This document shows positions 47,975 through 59,328 of a stretch of DNA of 64,000 nucleotides, piece after piece. Under the pieces are notes generated by a model. The model was not told the origin of the DNA, searched no databases, and saw nothing but the letters and a program-made list of their open reading frames with translations. How positions within the stretch are numbered: the first letter of the stretch is position 1; each line of letters opens with the position of its first letter. A program made the position numbers and the translations under genes. This DNA is from Elusimicrobiota bacterium (GTDB taxonomy: Bacteria; Elusimicrobiota; Elusimicrobia; F11), in assembly GCA_044221725.1 (NCBI GenBank), contig JBGAON010000003.1, forward strand, positions 352,001-416,000, given 5' to 3'.

Positions 47975-49234
47975 TTAAGCGGCGTCGGTGCCGGAGGTAA
48001 TGCCGCGCACGGCCATCATGAGCTCTTCGGGGTTCGAAGCGGCTTCGAGCGCATCTTCAAGCTTAATCAGGCCGTCGCGATAAAGTTTGAGCAGCGATTG
48101 GTGAAAGGACTCCATTCCGTAGTAAGTACCCTGGCGTATGGCTTCCTGAACGTCGTGCATTTGGTTTTCGGCGATCGCTTTACGGACAAGAGCCGTAACC
48201 ACAAGGACCTCCACGGCCGGAACGCGGCCGCTCCCGGCCGCACGCGGAATGAGCCGCTGACAAATGACGCCTTTTAATACGTCGGCCAATTGATAACGCA
48301 CTTGCATTTGTTGGTGCGGCGGATAGAGATCGATGATGCGGTTTATGGTTTGCACCGCATCCGTTGTGTGCAGTGTCGAAAGAACGAGATGGCCGGTTTG
48401 TGCGGCCGTGATCGCCGTTGATGTCGTTTCCAAATCCCGCATTTCGCCGAGCAAAATTACATCGGGATCTTGCCGCAGAACGTGTTTCAGTGCTTCACCA
48501 AAATTGGGTGTGTCGGAACCGAGCTCGCGTTGGCTAAGGATCGATTTTTTATCCTTGTAGAGAAATTCGATTGGATCTTCCACCGTCACAATGTGTTCGG
48601 CCCGCTCCGAATTTATGTTGTCGATCATCGCGGCCAGTGTCGTTGATTTGCCGCTTCCGGTCACGCCGCAAACGAGCACAAGACCGCGCGACAATTGGCA
48701 AAATTTCGGCATCACCTTTGGCAAGTAGAGATCCGTAAAATTTGGAATATGCGTTGGGATTTGACGAAGCACAATCGCTACCGAGCCCCGTTGGCGAAAC
48801 GCGTTCCCGCGAAAGCGGCCATACGCTGGAAGCGCGTACGAAAAATCGATGTCGTTGCGAGCTTCAAAAATTTTCAATTGGGTGGGCGTGAGCATTTGAC
48901 CCAGCGCTTGATGCGCCATTTCGGGCGTGATCACCAATTTCATGGCCGACGACAAATTCCCATCGATACGGTAGATCGGAACGGTCCCCGATCGTAGATG
49001 CATGTCGGATGCTTTTCGTTCCACCATTCCTTTCAAAAGTTCGTGGAGCAACTCTGATGCGTTTGTGGGTGTCGCAAACGCTGGTGTCGCTGCGGCTGGC
49101 GCGGATGTCGGTGCTGCGGTTACCGGTGGATTGTGACCGGAATACGAAGGTTGTGGTGTTGGTGCCGAAGGAATCTGAGGGGTGTCGCGCTCTTTTTCTT
49201 CGCTCAGTTTCTTTGGTTCGTAGGGGCTTTCCAT
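47975..49234 (-). CDS. pilT: PilT/PilU-family type IV pilus ATPase
   Basis: GVTGSGKST, EDPIE, RQDPD, GEMRD, TGHLVLSTLH; Pro/Ala-rich N-terminus. Confidence 0.88.
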   Translation of the reverse strand: MESPYEPKKLSEEKERDTPQIPSAPTPQPSYSGHNPPVTAAPTSAPAAATPAFATPTNASELLHELLKGMVERKASDMHLRSGTVPIYRIDGNLSSAMKLVITPEMAHQALGQMLTPTQLKIFEARNDIDFSYALPAYGRFRGNAFRQRGSVAIVLRQIPTHIPNFTDLYLPKVMPKFCQLSRGLVLVCGVTGSGKSTTLAAMIDNINSERAEHIVTVEDPIEFLYKDKKSILSQRELGSDTPNFGEALKHVLRQDPDVILLGEMRDLETTSTAITAAQTGHLVLSTLHTTDAVQTINRIIDLYPPHQQMQVRYQLADVLKGVICQRLIPRAAGSGRVPAVEVLVVTALVRKAIAENQMHDVQEAIRQGTYYGMESFHQSLLKLYRDGLIKLEDALEAASNPEELMMAVRGITSGTDAA

Positions 49235-49279
49235 GTCAATCGAAGCTTAAACTCCGATTGGTTTTCGTTCAACCCCTTT

Positions 49280-50404
49280 TTATTTCAGCTTGCGGTTACG
49301 AAGACGCAAATAGGCCGGACGACGCAAATCGTCTTCAGAAGCGCCGACGTGAACCGGGGCTGCCGGAATTCCGGCGCTCGCGATCGGTGGCGTTGCCGCG
49401 CGTTTTGGCGTCGCGGGTCGATCTTTATAGGAGCGCGCTGGGAAGCCTGTCGCGATCACGGTCACTTTTAATTTATCTTCGATGCCTTCATCGAAAACTT
49501 GGCCATAAAATACGTGCGAGGTTGTCGCCGTCGCGGAACTTACAAAGTCCATTACTTCACGCACTTCGAACATGCTGACGTTTTTATTTCCGGTAATGTT
49601 CACGAGGACACCTTTTGCGCCTTCGATTGAAATATTTTCAAGAAGCGGAGACTGCACCGCTTGCCGCGCGGCGGTCACGGCGCGATCGGGTCCTACCGAG
49701 GTTCCAATGCCCATCAACGCTTCGCCAGAACCGGACATAATCGTTTTCACGTCGGCAAAGTCAACGTTCACGAGACCGTGGGTGGTGATGACGTCGGCGA
49801 TGGCTTGCATCGCCTGACGCAGCACGTCATCGGCGACCCGAAACGCTTCGAGGCTTGGCGTTTTTTCATCGATAATCTCAAAAAGCTTGTCGTTCGGAAT
49901 GACGAGAAGCGTGTCGACGAACGGCCGCAGTTCTTCGATGCCGGCGCTGGCCTGGTTAGCGCGCACGAGGCCTTCAAATTGAAACGGGCGTGTGACGACC
50001 GCGATGACGAGCGGAGCCGGATTAAGAGACTTTGCAATGCGCGCCACCACAGGGGCGCAACCGGTTCCTGTTCCCCCACCCATACCGGCGGTGATGAACA
50101 ACATGTCGGCGCCTTGGATCACTTCTTTCAGACGATCTTCGGATTCGAGCGCGGCTTGTCCACCGAGTTGAGGATTCCCTCCGACGCCCAGTCCTTTGGT
50201 TAGGCGTTCTCCGACTTGAATTCGTACGGGCGCCAAATTGCGACGGAGCGCTTGCGCGTCGGTGTTGGCCGCAATGAATTCAACATGTTCGACTTCCGCT
50301 TGGATCATTCGATTCACGGCGTTTCCGCCGGCGCCCCCCAATCCAATAACGCGGATGATGGCCGGTTGTTCTTTAAAGTCTTCGGTGAATTTTATTCTCG
50401 TCAT
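49280..50404 (-). CDS. ftsZ: Cell division protein FtsZ
   Basis: [22 protein letters not shown]-terminal PAYLR. Confidence 0.99.
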   Translation of the reverse strand: MTRIKFTEDFKEQPAIIRVIGLGGAGGNAVNRMIQAEVEHVEFIAANTDAQALRRNLAPVRIQVGERLTKGLGVGGNPQLGGQAALESEDRLKEVIQGADMLFITAGMGGGTGTGCAPVVARIAKSLNPAPLVIAVVTRPFQFEGLVRANQASAGIEELRPFVDTLLVIPNDKLFEIIDEKTPSLEAFRVADDVLRQAMQAIADVITTHGLVNVDFADVKTIMSGSGEALMGIGTSVGPDRAVTAARQAVQSPLLENISIEGAKGVLVNITGNKNVSMFEVREVMDFVSSATATTSHVFYGQVFDEGIEDKLKVTVIATGFPARSYKDRPATPKRAATPPIASAGIPAAPVHVGASEDDLRRPAYLRLRNRKLK

Positions 50405-50413
50405 GTCCGATCC

Positions 50414-51697
50414 TTAAAATAAGTCCGATATAAAGTTTTTTACGTTCCCGAGCAGGTTGCCGGCAGCGCGCCGCGAGCCTTTTCGTCCGCCGCGCGGCCA
50501 ATCGCTCATGGAATGAAATGTGAGCAGCCCCGCCGCTGTGGCGTAGCTTGGGTGGGAAATAATTTCTGGAAGGCCCGTGATGTTTTGCGGTAACCCTTGG
50601 CGCGCTGGCAGTTCGAGAATTTTTTCAGCAGCGTTCACCATTCCGGTCATCATCGAACCACCACCGGTGACAATCACGCCGCCGGCAACCACTTGTTCGG
50701 ACAGTCCGGAGTTTTCAATTTCCGCGCGCACCAGCGAGTAAATTTCTTCGACGCGCGGAGCGATGAATTCGAATAACGTGTTGCGTTGAATTTGGCGTTC
50801 GGTGCGGCCGTCGACGGATGTGTAGGTCACTTCTTCGTCCATGTCGACGGGTTCGTCGTGCCCGTTGCCGCTCACGAGAACTTGTTTGCGCGCGTTCGAG
50901 CGCACGGCGGTTCCGTAACGCTCTTTGACCATTTTCGCTTGCGAGAAGGATGTTCGTAGTCCGTGCGCAAGATCGTTGGTGATGGCGTCGGTGCCGATGG
51001 CCAATTCCTTTGTGAAACGAACACCGCCGTCGGAATAAACCGCGAGGCCCGTTGTGGCGCCACCAAGATCAATCAACAAACATCCCAAATCTTTTTCTTC
51101 CTGCGTAACGACAACATCGCCGAGCGCCAATAATCCATACACCGGCTCACGAATTCCAAACCCGGCGTTGTTGATCGAACGCCAGATGTTGTTTAGGTGA
51201 GAGGATCCGGCGGTCACAATGTGAACTTCTACTTCGAGCAGAGATCCTTCCATCCCAACGGGGTTCGGGACGCCTTGCTGACGGTCAAGCACAAAGTCTT
51301 GAGGAATCACATGGATGATTTCGCGATCGGTGGAGATTGGAACGGCTTTTGTGGATTCAATGACTTGCGCAACGTCGTCGGTGGTAATTTCTTTGTCGGT
51401 GCGCGCAATGTTGATGGCCCCGTGATGGTTGAACGTTTGGATGTGCGCGCCGCGAATTCCGACGATCAGATCTCGAACGGATTCTTTGGCCATCTCTTCG
51501 GCGGCTTCAACAACGTGGGTGATGGAGAGGGCTGTTTCATCGATATTAATAACGACGCCGCCTTTCAGGCCCCGGCAGTTTTGACGCGTTGCAGCGATGA
51601 CTTCGACATGATCCTGATCGGGCATTCGGCGGCCGATTGTGCACACCAGCTGGCCGCTTCCGATATCAAGTCCCGCTAAAATTTCCGGTTTCGACAT
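50414..51697 (-). CDS. ftsA: Cell division protein FtsA
   Basis: GLDIGS, GLKGG, IDLGGATT, VTGGGS. Confidence 0.96.
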   Translation of the reverse strand: MSKPEILAGLDIGSGQLVCTIGRRMPDQDHVEVIAATRQNCRGLKGGVVINIDETALSITHVVEAAEEMAKESVRDLIVGIRGAHIQTFNHHGAINIARTDKEITTDDVAQVIESTKAVPISTDREIIHVIPQDFVLDRQQGVPNPVGMEGSLLEVEVHIVTAGSSHLNNIWRSINNAGFGIREPVYGLLALGDVVVTQEEKDLGCLLIDLGGATTGLAVYSDGGVRFTKELAIGTDAITNDLAHGLRTSFSQAKMVKERYGTAVRSNARKQVLVSGNGHDEPVDMDEEVTYTSVDGRTERQIQRNTLFEFIAPRVEEIYSLVRAEIENSGLSEQVVAGGVIVTGGGSMMTGMVNAAEKILELPARQGLPQNITGLPEIISHPSYATAAGLLTFHSMSDWPRGGRKGSRRAAGNLLGNVKNFISDLF

Positions 51698-51713
51698 GGC
51701 ACCTCCCCGAGTG

Positions 51714-52577
51714 TCAGTTTTTGCTTTTCCAATTCGCATCCATCACGATGCGGTCCGTTGTGACAAGTATTAGTTTCGCCGGCGTCTTCTGTGGCGTAAA
51801 CTTTTCGCGCAACGTGAGCACGCGTTGCGACTGTTGAACGATGTTCGCGTCTGAAATATTTCCCCATTCGATCGTTACGCCGTCGGTGAGCTCGACGTAC
51901 AGTTCGCGCATTCTATCAGTTTCTACTTTTTTGACGAGAGAATAAAAATTCGGCACGTCTTTTTGCCAACGGTCCAGAATTCCAAGGACTGTTGTGCGAT
52001 CCGACGGGTACGCGCATTCGATGACCGGCAGGTTCGCCGGCAAGTCGAGCAGTTCGCCAAGCGCAAAAACAATTCCGTCGTTGTCGATACCCAGTTCCTT
52101 GCCGGGCGATTCAAGCTTCGCGATCGGTCGACGGAATGTTCCATTCACGATCAGAGACCGGTCCAGCGTTCGACGTATCGAGATTCGTTTTAGTTCCGGA
52201 AATTTTTCGAGAGATTCTTTCTCGAGCAAAAGCGGATGGATTTTTAATAAGTGATCGTGCGCGCCGACTTTGAATGAACCTTTGAGGCTCGCCGGTAACT
52301 CGCCGCTGAACACCACTTGCTTCACGCGCAGTCGTTCGCTTTGTTTCCAATATTGCGCGCCTTTGACGGTGGTCCATCCAATGGCGAGCATTGCACCGGC
52401 ACCGAGCGTCAACAGCGCAAACGATTTTCCCATCTTTTTTACGACGGAGCCGGCGTAGCGCGGCCGAAATTTTACGCGCTGCTTTCGTTTGTAAAAAAGG
52501 GAAGGGCTTCGTTTTTTTGGTTCGCGAAATATCCGCGGACGTTTGGATCCGAATAGCGATTTTTTAGTGGATCTCAT
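51714..52577 (-). CDS. ftsQ: Cell division protein FtsQ/DivIB-like
   Basis: Basic N-terminus, one TM, POTRA-like region; position between ddl and ftsA. Confidence 0.72.
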   Translation of the reverse strand: MRSTKKSLFGSKRPRIFREPKKRSPSLFYKRKQRVKFRPRYAGSVVKKMGKSFALLTLGAGAMLAIGWTTVKGAQYWKQSERLRVKQVVFSGELPASLKGSFKVGAHDHLLKIHPLLLEKESLEKFPELKRISIRRTLDRSLIVNGTFRRPIAKLESPGKELGIDNDGIVFALGELLDLPANLPVIECAYPSDRTTVLGILDRWQKDVPNFYSLVKKVETDRMRELYVELTDGVTIEWGNISDANIVQQSQRVLTLREKFTPQKTPAKLILVTTDRIVMDANWKSKN

Positions 52578-53518
52578 TGTTTGCCTCGCGCTCGCAGAGA
52601 CAATTCGCAAATGCGTAGCACCAAATCATCGAACGACATCGTAATTGCGCGCGCTGCGTCAGGCAACAAAGACGTGTTTGTCATGCCGGGAATCGTGTTC
52701 ACCTCCAGCACGAACATCTCGCCCTTTTTGTCGAGCATGATGTCGACGCGCCCATAAACGGTGCAGCCGAGCGAATTGAATGCGCGGATCGCAACGCGCT
52801 GCATCCTCGTTGAAACTTTTCTCGGCAGTGGCGCTGGCACGAGATGACGAGACCCGCCCGGTGCGTATTTCGAGTGAAAATCATAGAAAGAATGTTCGGG
52901 AAGAATTTCAACGACCGGTAAAGCGCGCGACCCAAGAATTCCCACGGTTAGCTCACGACCGGAAATGAATTTTTCGACGAGCGCTGTTTTTGAAATGCGG
53001 AAGCATTGTTTTAACGCTTTCGGTAACTGACGTTTTGTGTCGACCCGGGAGGCACCGATGGCGGATCCTTGATCCACCGGCTTTACGAAGACAGCGCTCG
53101 CGCTCAACCATTTATCCAAGGATTTCTTTGATCCGTTCTTCGAAATTCGGATCCATGGTGCGGTTGGTACGCCGGCCTTTTTGAAGCGGCGTTTCGACAA
53201 ATGTTTGTCCATTGCCAAGCGGCTCGCGCTCGCGCTCGAGCCGGTGTAAGGAATTTTTAATTTCTCGAGAACGGACTGAATTCCACCGTCCTCGCCGAAG
53301 GTACCATGCAACGCGATGAACGCAAATTCGATTTTTTTTTCTTTGAGAATCTGCGCGATGTCTTTTTTTACATCAATCACCGCAACGGGCACGCGCAACC
53401 GTTTGAATGCTTCGACCACGGCTTTTCCGGTTTTTAAAGAGATGGCGCGTTCGCGGGACCATCCTCCCATCAACACGGCCACGCGACGCTGACGCAGCCA
53501 GTTAAGCGTGGATGGCAT
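52574..53518 (-). CDS. ddl: D-alanine--D-alanine ligase
   Basis: GGWSRER, ALHGTFGEDG, EVNTIPG. Confidence 0.96.
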   Translation of the reverse strand: MPSTLNWLRQRRVAVLMGGWSRERAISLKTGKAVVEAFKRLRVPVAVIDVKKDIAQILKEKKIEFAFIALHGTFGEDGGIQSVLEKLKIPYTGSSASASRLAMDKHLSKRRFKKAGVPTAPWIRISKNGSKKSLDKWLSASAVFVKPVDQGSAIGASRVDTKRQLPKALKQCFRISKTALVEKFISGRELTVGILGSRALPVVEILPEHSFYDFHSKYAPGGSRHLVPAPLPRKVSTRMQRVAIRAFNSLGCTVYGRVDIMLDKKGEMFVLEVNTIPGMTNTSLLPDAARAITMSFDDLVLRICELSLRARGKQ

Positions 53519-55775
53519 CGGGTTGTTGAACGACGATCACTTCGGGGTGCAGTTCAATCTGAAATTGTTCTTTGACTCGCGCTTGCGCCATGTGGATCAG
53601 TTCGAGCGCATTTTTCGCTGTGGCGCCGCCGAGGTTTTCGATGAAGTTTGCATGTTTCGGCGAGAAGCGCATGCGACCAAACGTTTTCCCTTTCAGGCCC
53701 GCGGCTTCGATGAGTCGCGCGGCAAAATCACCCTCGGGATTACGAAAAACCGATCCCACATTTTTTGTGCCGAGCGGCTGTGTTTTTTCGCGCGATAGCA
53801 ATTCCTGTTTCATTCGTTCTTTGGCGGCCCCGTTTTCGGATGGCTTGAGTTGCAGTGTCGCGCCAACGATCCATTTCCCAATGAGATTTGAGCGTCGGTA
53901 TCCGAGCTCGATTTTTTTTCGATCCAGCACCGACAAGGAGCCATCCATGTTAATAATCCGCACCTTTTCAATCACATCACCGATGACGCCGCGCGGGGTG
54001 CCCGCGTTTGTCATGAGCGCACCGCCGACCGTTCCGGGAACGCCCGCCAAGGCTTCCACGCCGGCCAGGCCGCGTTCCACACAGGCTTTCGCAAGTTTTG
54101 GTAAATGCACGCCGGCACCGACATCCACGGTGTTGCCACTGAATTCAATGGCCTCGAGTTCGCCTCGCAACCGCACGACAATGCCACGAAGTCCTTCGTC
54201 CGGTAACAACACGTTTGAACCCCAGCCAAGGAAGAAAATTGGAAATCGTTGTTGCACGGACCATCGAAGCAGCATCTGGAGTTCCGCGATCGTTTGAATC
54301 TCGATGTACACCTCGGCGGGACCGCCGATGCCCCAGGTGCAGTGACGGCTCAAGGGCTCTTCTGCTTTGATGCGGGGCGCTAAATTTGGAAACGCGCTTT
54401 TTATCTGCGGTGCGAGCGCATTTGTTCCTTTGAGAATTTGTTCGCCAACTTTCCAAACATCGCCAGCCCCCAGCGTGAGCAAAAGATCGCCGGGTTTAAG
54501 TTCGCTTCTCAGCTCATCGATAGAATTTTCCCAGCCCCAGAAATTCAGGTTCTTCTTCTTCAAAAATTTTGAAATGGATTTTGTCGATACCCCGGCAATC
54601 GGTTTTTCTCCGGCGGCATAGATCGGCATCAAAAACAATTTGTCGGCGTGCTCAAGCGCCTTTGCAAAATTTTTGGCCAGAATTTTCGTGCGCGTGTAAC
54701 GATGGGGTTGGAACAATACCACGAGTCGTCGATGGGGCCAGCGCGCTTTGACCGCCGTGAGCGTGGCGTTAATCTCGGTTGGATGGTGCCCATAATCATC
54801 CACGACGAGCACATCGTCGGCTTCTCCTTTAATTTCAATGCGCCGTCCCACACCCTCAAATTTGTTTAGCGCATCGGCAATAACCGCAAACGGAATATCG
54901 ATATGAAGGCCAACAGCGATGGCCGCGAGCGCGTTCAACACGTTGTGTTTGCCGGATAGTGGAAGAAGCACCGTCCCAAGTTTTTTCCCTTTCTGAAGCA
55001 CGTCAAAACGGGAACCGCTTTCGTTTAGTTCAATATTCGTGGCGCTCAGATCGTACTTGCGATCGAAACCGTACAGCACGCAGCGACGATTCAATTTTGA
55101 GAGCACGCGTTTTACGCCGGGATCTTCGCCGCAAAGATACGTGGCCCCATAAAACGGAATGTGATTCGCAAATTGTGCGAACGCGGACTCCAAATTTTCC
55201 ATCGACTTGTAGTAGTCCAGGTGATCATCATCGATGTTGGTGACGATTGCGATTGTGGGCGTGAGTTTTAAGAAGGATCCGTCGGATTCGTCGGCTTCGG
55301 CCACCAAGTAATCGCCGGCTCCCAGCACGCCCCCCGTCCCGACAGCTTTCAGTCGTCCACCAACGATCACGGTTGGATCCAATTTTGCATGCTTGAAAAT
55401 TTCACCGACCAGCGATGTGGTCGTGGTTTTTCCGTGGGTTCCGCCAACGGCCACTGTGTATTTTAGCCGCGCAATTTCGGCGAGCATTTCGATGCGAGGG
55501 ATTACGGGGATTCCGATGTTGTGTGCCGCTTTTACTTCGGGATTTGTTTGGGAAATCGCCGTCGAGGTTACAACGACATCGGCACCTTCAACATTTTTGG
55601 CGGCGTGGCCAACAAAGACGGTGGCTCCCAAATTTTCAAGCCGAGAAGTCACCGCGTTTTTTGCGGCGTCGCTCCCCGTGACGCGGTACCGGAGTTTCAA
55701 CAGCACCTCGGCAATTCCGCTCATTCCGCTGCCACCGATGCCAACGAAATGGATGTGTTTGAATTTTTTGAACAT
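53502..55775 (-). CDS. murC: Fused MurC-MurB (UDP-MurNAc-L-Ala ligase + UDP-GlcNAc-enolpyruvate reductase)
   Basis: N-terminal GIGGSGMS, GTHGKTTT, EADESD, DDYGHHP; C-terminal GIGGPA, GSN, PGTVGG, GSVFRNP, HANF in a single frame. Confidence 0.95.
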   Translation of the reverse strand: MFKKFKHIHFVGIGGSGMSGIAEVLLKLRYRVTGSDAAKNAVTSRLENLGATVFVGHAAKNVEGADVVVTSTAISQTNPEVKAAHNIGIPVIPRIEMLAEIARLKYTVAVGGTHGKTTTTSLVGEIFKHAKLDPTVIVGGRLKAVGTGGVLGAGDYLVAEADESDGSFLKLTPTIAIVTNIDDDHLDYYKSMENLESAFAQFANHIPFYGATYLCGEDPGVKRVLSKLNRRCVLYGFDRKYDLSATNIELNESGSRFDVLQKGKKLGTVLLPLSGKHNVLNALAAIAVGLHIDIPFAVIADALNKFEGVGRRIEIKGEADDVLVVDDYGHHPTEINATLTAVKARWPHRRLVVLFQPHRYTRTKILAKNFAKALEHADKLFLMPIYAAGEKPIAGVSTKSISKFLKKKNLNFWGWENSIDELRSELKPGDLLLTLGAGDVWKVGEQILKGTNALAPQIKSAFPNLAPRIKAEEPLSRHCTWGIGGPAEVYIEIQTIAELQMLLRWSVQQRFPIFFLGWGSNVLLPDEGLRGIVVRLRGELEAIEFSGNTVDVGAGVHLPKLAKACVERGLAGVEALAGVPGTVGGALMTNAGTPRGVIGDVIEKVRIINMDGSLSVLDRKKIELGYRRSNLIGKWIVGATLQLKPSENGAAKERMKQELLSREKTQPLGTKNVGSVFRNPEGDFAARLIEAAGLKGKTFGRMRFSPKHANFIENLGGATAKNALELIHMAQARVKEQFQIELHPEVIVVQQPDAIHA

Positions 55776-55872
55776 CGCGCGGACGCAACATATAAAAACA
55801 AGGCGGGACCGTCTAATTCGAGTTGACCGAAATCATGTTGCGCCTTCCCGCGGCCGGGACTAGGGTATTAAT

Positions 55873-56559
55873 ATGAAGGGGACGAACGGGCGGGACTGTT
55901 GCATTAAACCGGACATGGACAAAAATCGAAAAGTCCGGTTGTTCCTAAAAGGCACTGTTTGCGACCTGTTTATCATGATTTTGCAAATCAACGGGATTCC
56001 CCCGACCTACGCAGGCCCGTTCCGAACGCTGATTGATTCGGTTCAGAGAGCCCCCCAGAAACAGTACGAAAATTCAATAACAAACCAGGACATCTTAAAG
56101 GAATCGCAAATTTCATACCGCGCCGATGGCGGGTTTTCCACGGTGGAATCCTATGGCGTAATTCTCAGCTGCGTGAACGGCAAGGTTTCCGTTTTAAAAA
56201 GTATCAACGATCCGCGCTTGCCGGCCAGTAAATCGCACAGCCGTGAAGTCGAAGCCATGGATCCTGATAAGTATTTGGAGCTTTGGGACAATCTCGATCG
56301 TCAAGCAATGTTTCGAATGGAAAATGGGCCGCGGCCGAAGGAAGACATTCGCGATGAATTTACGGTTCATTTTTACGCTAAGGTCGGAGAAAAACTGCAT
56401 GAATTTAACGTGTACGGAATATCGCGGCCCGAAGCGGCCCGTTATTTTGCGGTTCGCAAGATAATAGACAATTCGGTCAACATGGCGGGATTTTGGAACA
56501 CCCACCACGATGTGGCCCAGCACATGACCTCCCCGCTTGCTTCCGAAAAAGCGAATTAA
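55873..56559 (+). CDS. Hypothetical protein
   Basis: 228-aa ORF filling the gap between murC and the Rrf2 gene; start uncertain (55873 or 55976). Confidence 0.55.
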   Translation: MKGTNGRDCCIKPDMDKNRKVRLFLKGTVCDLFIMILQINGIPPTYAGPFRTLIDSVQRAPQKQYENSITNQDILKESQISYRADGGFSTVESYGVILSCVNGKVSVLKSINDPRLPASKSHSREVEAMDPDKYLELWDNLDRQAMFRMENGPRPKEDIRDEFTVHFYAKVGEKLHEFNVYGISRPEAARYFAVRKIIDNSVNMAGFWNTHHDVAQHMTSPLASEKAN

Positions 56560-56617
56560 TACCTGCTTCAAAAACAGCATTTAATCAACCGTTTCCGTCG
56601 CAGAATCGGCTATTTCT

Positions 56618-56650
56618 ATTGTTGATAGAAATAGTCAACTATGTTAGGAT
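56618..56650 (+). promoter_or_regulatory. Rrf2/IscR type-1-like box overlapping the suf promoter
   Basis: ATTGTTGATAGAAATAGTCAACTAT (56618-56642) matches ATASYYGACTRWWWYAGTCRRSTAT at 22/25; TTGATA-17-TAGGAT promoter. Confidence 0.8.
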
Positions 56651-56657
56651 GCGGTAT

Positions 56658-57107
56658 ATGATGAAAGTGTCAACCAAATCGACGTACGCGATTCGCGCGC
56701 TGCTCCAGTTGGGGCGCGAGCCGCAGGATTCTCCGGTTCGCCTCGCGAGAATTGCGGAGCGGCAGAAGATTCCGCTGCCGTACCTCGAGCAAATATTTTC
56801 TAAACTTCGTCGCGCTGGTTTGGTCACGTCTATTCGTGGCCCACAGGGCGGATACAGACTTGCGAAGAAACCGGCCGATATTTCGATGCGCGATATTATC
56901 GCAGCGCTCGAAGGTCCGATGGTCCCGGTGCTCTGCAGCATGCCAGAAAATCATTCCTCCGACTGCCATGAAACCGAAGGTTGTTTGAGTCGATTCCTTT
57001 GCAATGAGTTGGACGGCGAGCTTTCACGAATTTTGTCACGCAACACACTGAGCAGTTTGCTCGGGAAAGCAACATCCCGAGAGAAAACGAGCGCCGTGGG
57101 CATTTAA
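56658..57107 (+). CDS. Rrf2-family (IscR-like) regulator
   Basis: YLEQIFSKLRRAGLVTSIRGPQGGYRL; three C-terminal Cys. Confidence 0.92.
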   Translation: MMKVSTKSTYAIRALLQLGREPQDSPVRLARIAERQKIPLPYLEQIFSKLRRAGLVTSIRGPQGGYRLAKKPADISMRDIIAALEGPMVPVLCSMPENHSSDCHETEGCLSRFLCNELDGELSRILSRNTLSSLLGKATSREKTSAVGI

Positions 57108-57128
57108 TAATAGGAGCTGTTAAGAATT

Positions 57129-57881
57129 ATGGACGAGAACAATCTCATCAAAATCGAAGACTTGCACGCGTCGGTGGAAAATAAGCCGATTTTAAAAGGA
57201 GTCAACCTTACCATCAAACGCGGCGAAGTCCACGCGATTATGGGCCCGAACGGATCCGGCAAATCGACACTTTCCAATGTGTTAATGGGGCACCCGAAAT
57301 ACAAGGTGACGCGAGGCAAAGTCGAGTTTAAAGGCGACGATCTATTGGCTCTTTCGGTTGATGAGCGTGCGCGCAAAGGTTTATTTTTGGGTTTTCAATA
57401 TCCGCTTTCGATTCCCGGCGTTCCGGTCTCCAAATTTTTACGCATGAGCATGCAAGCGGTACGCGGCAAAGAAATCCCGATTATTGAGTTTCGGAATGCG
57501 TTCAAGCAAAAAATGGAATTGTTAGGCATTAGCGACAGTTTTTCGGGTCGGTATATTAACGAAGGATTTTCCGGTGGTGAAAAGAAGCGCCATGAGATTC
57601 TTCAGCTCGCGTTGCTTGAACCCGATATGGCCATCCTTGATGAGACCGATTCCGGTCTCGATATCGATGCGCTGAAAGTCGTATCGAACGGCATTGAGAA
57701 AACGCGCAGCCCGCAACGAGGGATTCTTCTGATCACGCACTACCAAAGAATTCTCAATTACGTGCAACCCGATTTTATTCACGTGTTGGCCGAAGGTCGC
57801 ATTGTGAAATCCGGCGGAAAGGAGCTCGCGGCCGAGTTGGAGACGAAAGGGTACGACTGGCTGTTGTCAGCCGCGAAGTAA
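57129..57881 (+). CDS. sufC: Fe-S assembly ATPase SufC
   Basis: [28 protein letters not shown]. Confidence 0.97.
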   Translation: MDENNLIKIEDLHASVENKPILKGVNLTIKRGEVHAIMGPNGSGKSTLSNVLMGHPKYKVTRGKVEFKGDDLLALSVDERARKGLFLGFQYPLSIPGVPVSKFLRMSMQAVRGKEIPIIEFRNAFKQKMELLGISDSFSGRYINEGFSGGEKKRHEILQLALLEPDMAILDETDSGLDIDALKVVSNGIEKTRSPQRGILLITHYQRILNYVQPDFIHVLAEGRIVKSGGKELAAELETKGYDWLLSAAK

Positions 57882-57900
57882 GGTTCAAGGAGAAAAATTT

Positions 57901-59307
57901 ATGGCACAGAAAGCACATCTCGCACCGAAAGATTATAAGTACGGTTTCCGGGACAACGTCGATAATGTTTTTGATTCCGGTAAAGGCCTTACGAAGCAAA
58001 TCGTTGAGGAAATGTCGGCGATGAAAAACGAGCCGGATTGGATGCGAAAGTTTAGACTCAAAGCACTCGAGGTTTATAACAAGAAGCCGATGCCGACGTG
58101 GGGCAACGTGGAGCTCATGCGCGAACTCGATTTTCAAAACATTCACTACTACGTGAAGCCGAGCGAAAAAACCGAGCGCAATTGGGACGAAGTACCGGAG
58201 GGCGTGAAGAAGACATTCGATCGTCTGGGAATACCCGAAGCGGAGCGTAAGTTTTTGGCGGGCGTTACCGCCCAGTATGAATCCGAGGTCGTCTACCATT
58301 CAATTCGAGAAGATCTCGAAAAACAAGGCGTGATTTTCCTTGGAATGGATGATGCGGTGAAGAAGGTCCCGGATATCGTAAAAAAATATTTCAGTCGCGT
58401 GATTCCGACCGAAGATAACAAGTTCGCGGCGTTAAACTCCGCTGTGTGGTCGGGAGGAAGTTTTATCTACGTTCCCAAAAACACGCACGTCGAAATTCCC
58501 CTGCAGGCGTATTTCCGTATCAATTCCGAGAATATGGGACAGTTTGAGCGCACACTGATCATCACCGACGAAGGTTCGGACGTGCACTACATTGAAGGTT
58601 GCACGGCCCCCACCTACTCGAGCGACTCGCTGCACTCGGCTGTTGTCGAACTGGTGGCGTTGCCCGGCTCGAAGATTCGGTACACGACGATCCAAAACTG
58701 GTCGAACAATGTTTACAACCTGGTCACGAAACGCGCGGTCGCCTACGAAGACGCGGCCGTCGAGTGGATTGATGGAAACATTGGTTCGAAACTCACGATG
58801 AAATATCCGGCCGTTTACTTGATGGGCAAAGGCGCGCGCGGCGAAGTGTTGTCGATTGCGTACGCTGGCAAAGGCCAGCATCAAGATGCGGGTGCAAAAA
58901 TGGTGCACGTGGCGCCGCACACAACGTCAACGATTCTGTCAAAATCAATTTCGCGCGACGGTGGCCGCACCTCTTATCGGGGTTTGCTCAAAGTGGAGAA
59001 AGGCGCCGAAGGTTGCAAGGCGAACGTTCGTTGCGACGCTCTTTTGATGGACGAAGCGTCGCGCTCGGACACGTATCCCACGATGGAAATCAACGAAAAG
59101 AACGTTTCGGTTGGACACGAGGCCACGGTTTCGAAGATTGGCGACGAACAGATGTTTTATTTGAGAAGTCGCGGACTTAAAGAACAGGAAGCGCAGTCGA
59201 TGATAGTGAATGGATTTATTGAGCCGTTTGTGCGCGAACTTCCCATGGAATACGCGGTCGAACTAAATCGACTCATGCAACTTGAGATGGAAGGTTCGAT
59301 CGGTTAA
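57901..59307 (+). CDS. sufB: Fe-S assembly scaffold SufB
   Basis: [27 protein letters not shown]. Confidence 0.98.
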   Translation: MAQKAHLAPKDYKYGFRDNVDNVFDSGKGLTKQIVEEMSAMKNEPDWMRKFRLKALEVYNKKPMPTWGNVELMRELDFQNIHYYVKPSEKTERNWDEVPEGVKKTFDRLGIPEAERKFLAGVTAQYESEVVYHSIREDLEKQGVIFLGMDDAVKKVPDIVKKYFSRVIPTEDNKFAALNSAVWSGGSFIYVPKNTHVEIPLQAYFRINSENMGQFERTLIITDEGSDVHYIEGCTAPTYSSDSLHSAVVELVALPGSKIRYTTIQNWSNNVYNLVTKRAVAYEDAAVEWIDGNIGSKLTMKYPAVYLMGKGARGEVLSIAYAGKGQHQDAGAKMVHVAPHTTSTILSKSISRDGGRTSYRGLLKVEKGAEGCKANVRCDALLMDEASRSDTYPTMEINEKNVSVGHEATVSKIGDEQMFYLRSRGLKEQEAQSMIVNGFIEPFVRELPMEYAVELNRLMQLEMEGSIG

Positions 59308-59328
59308 CGAATCTCACCGAAAAAAACC

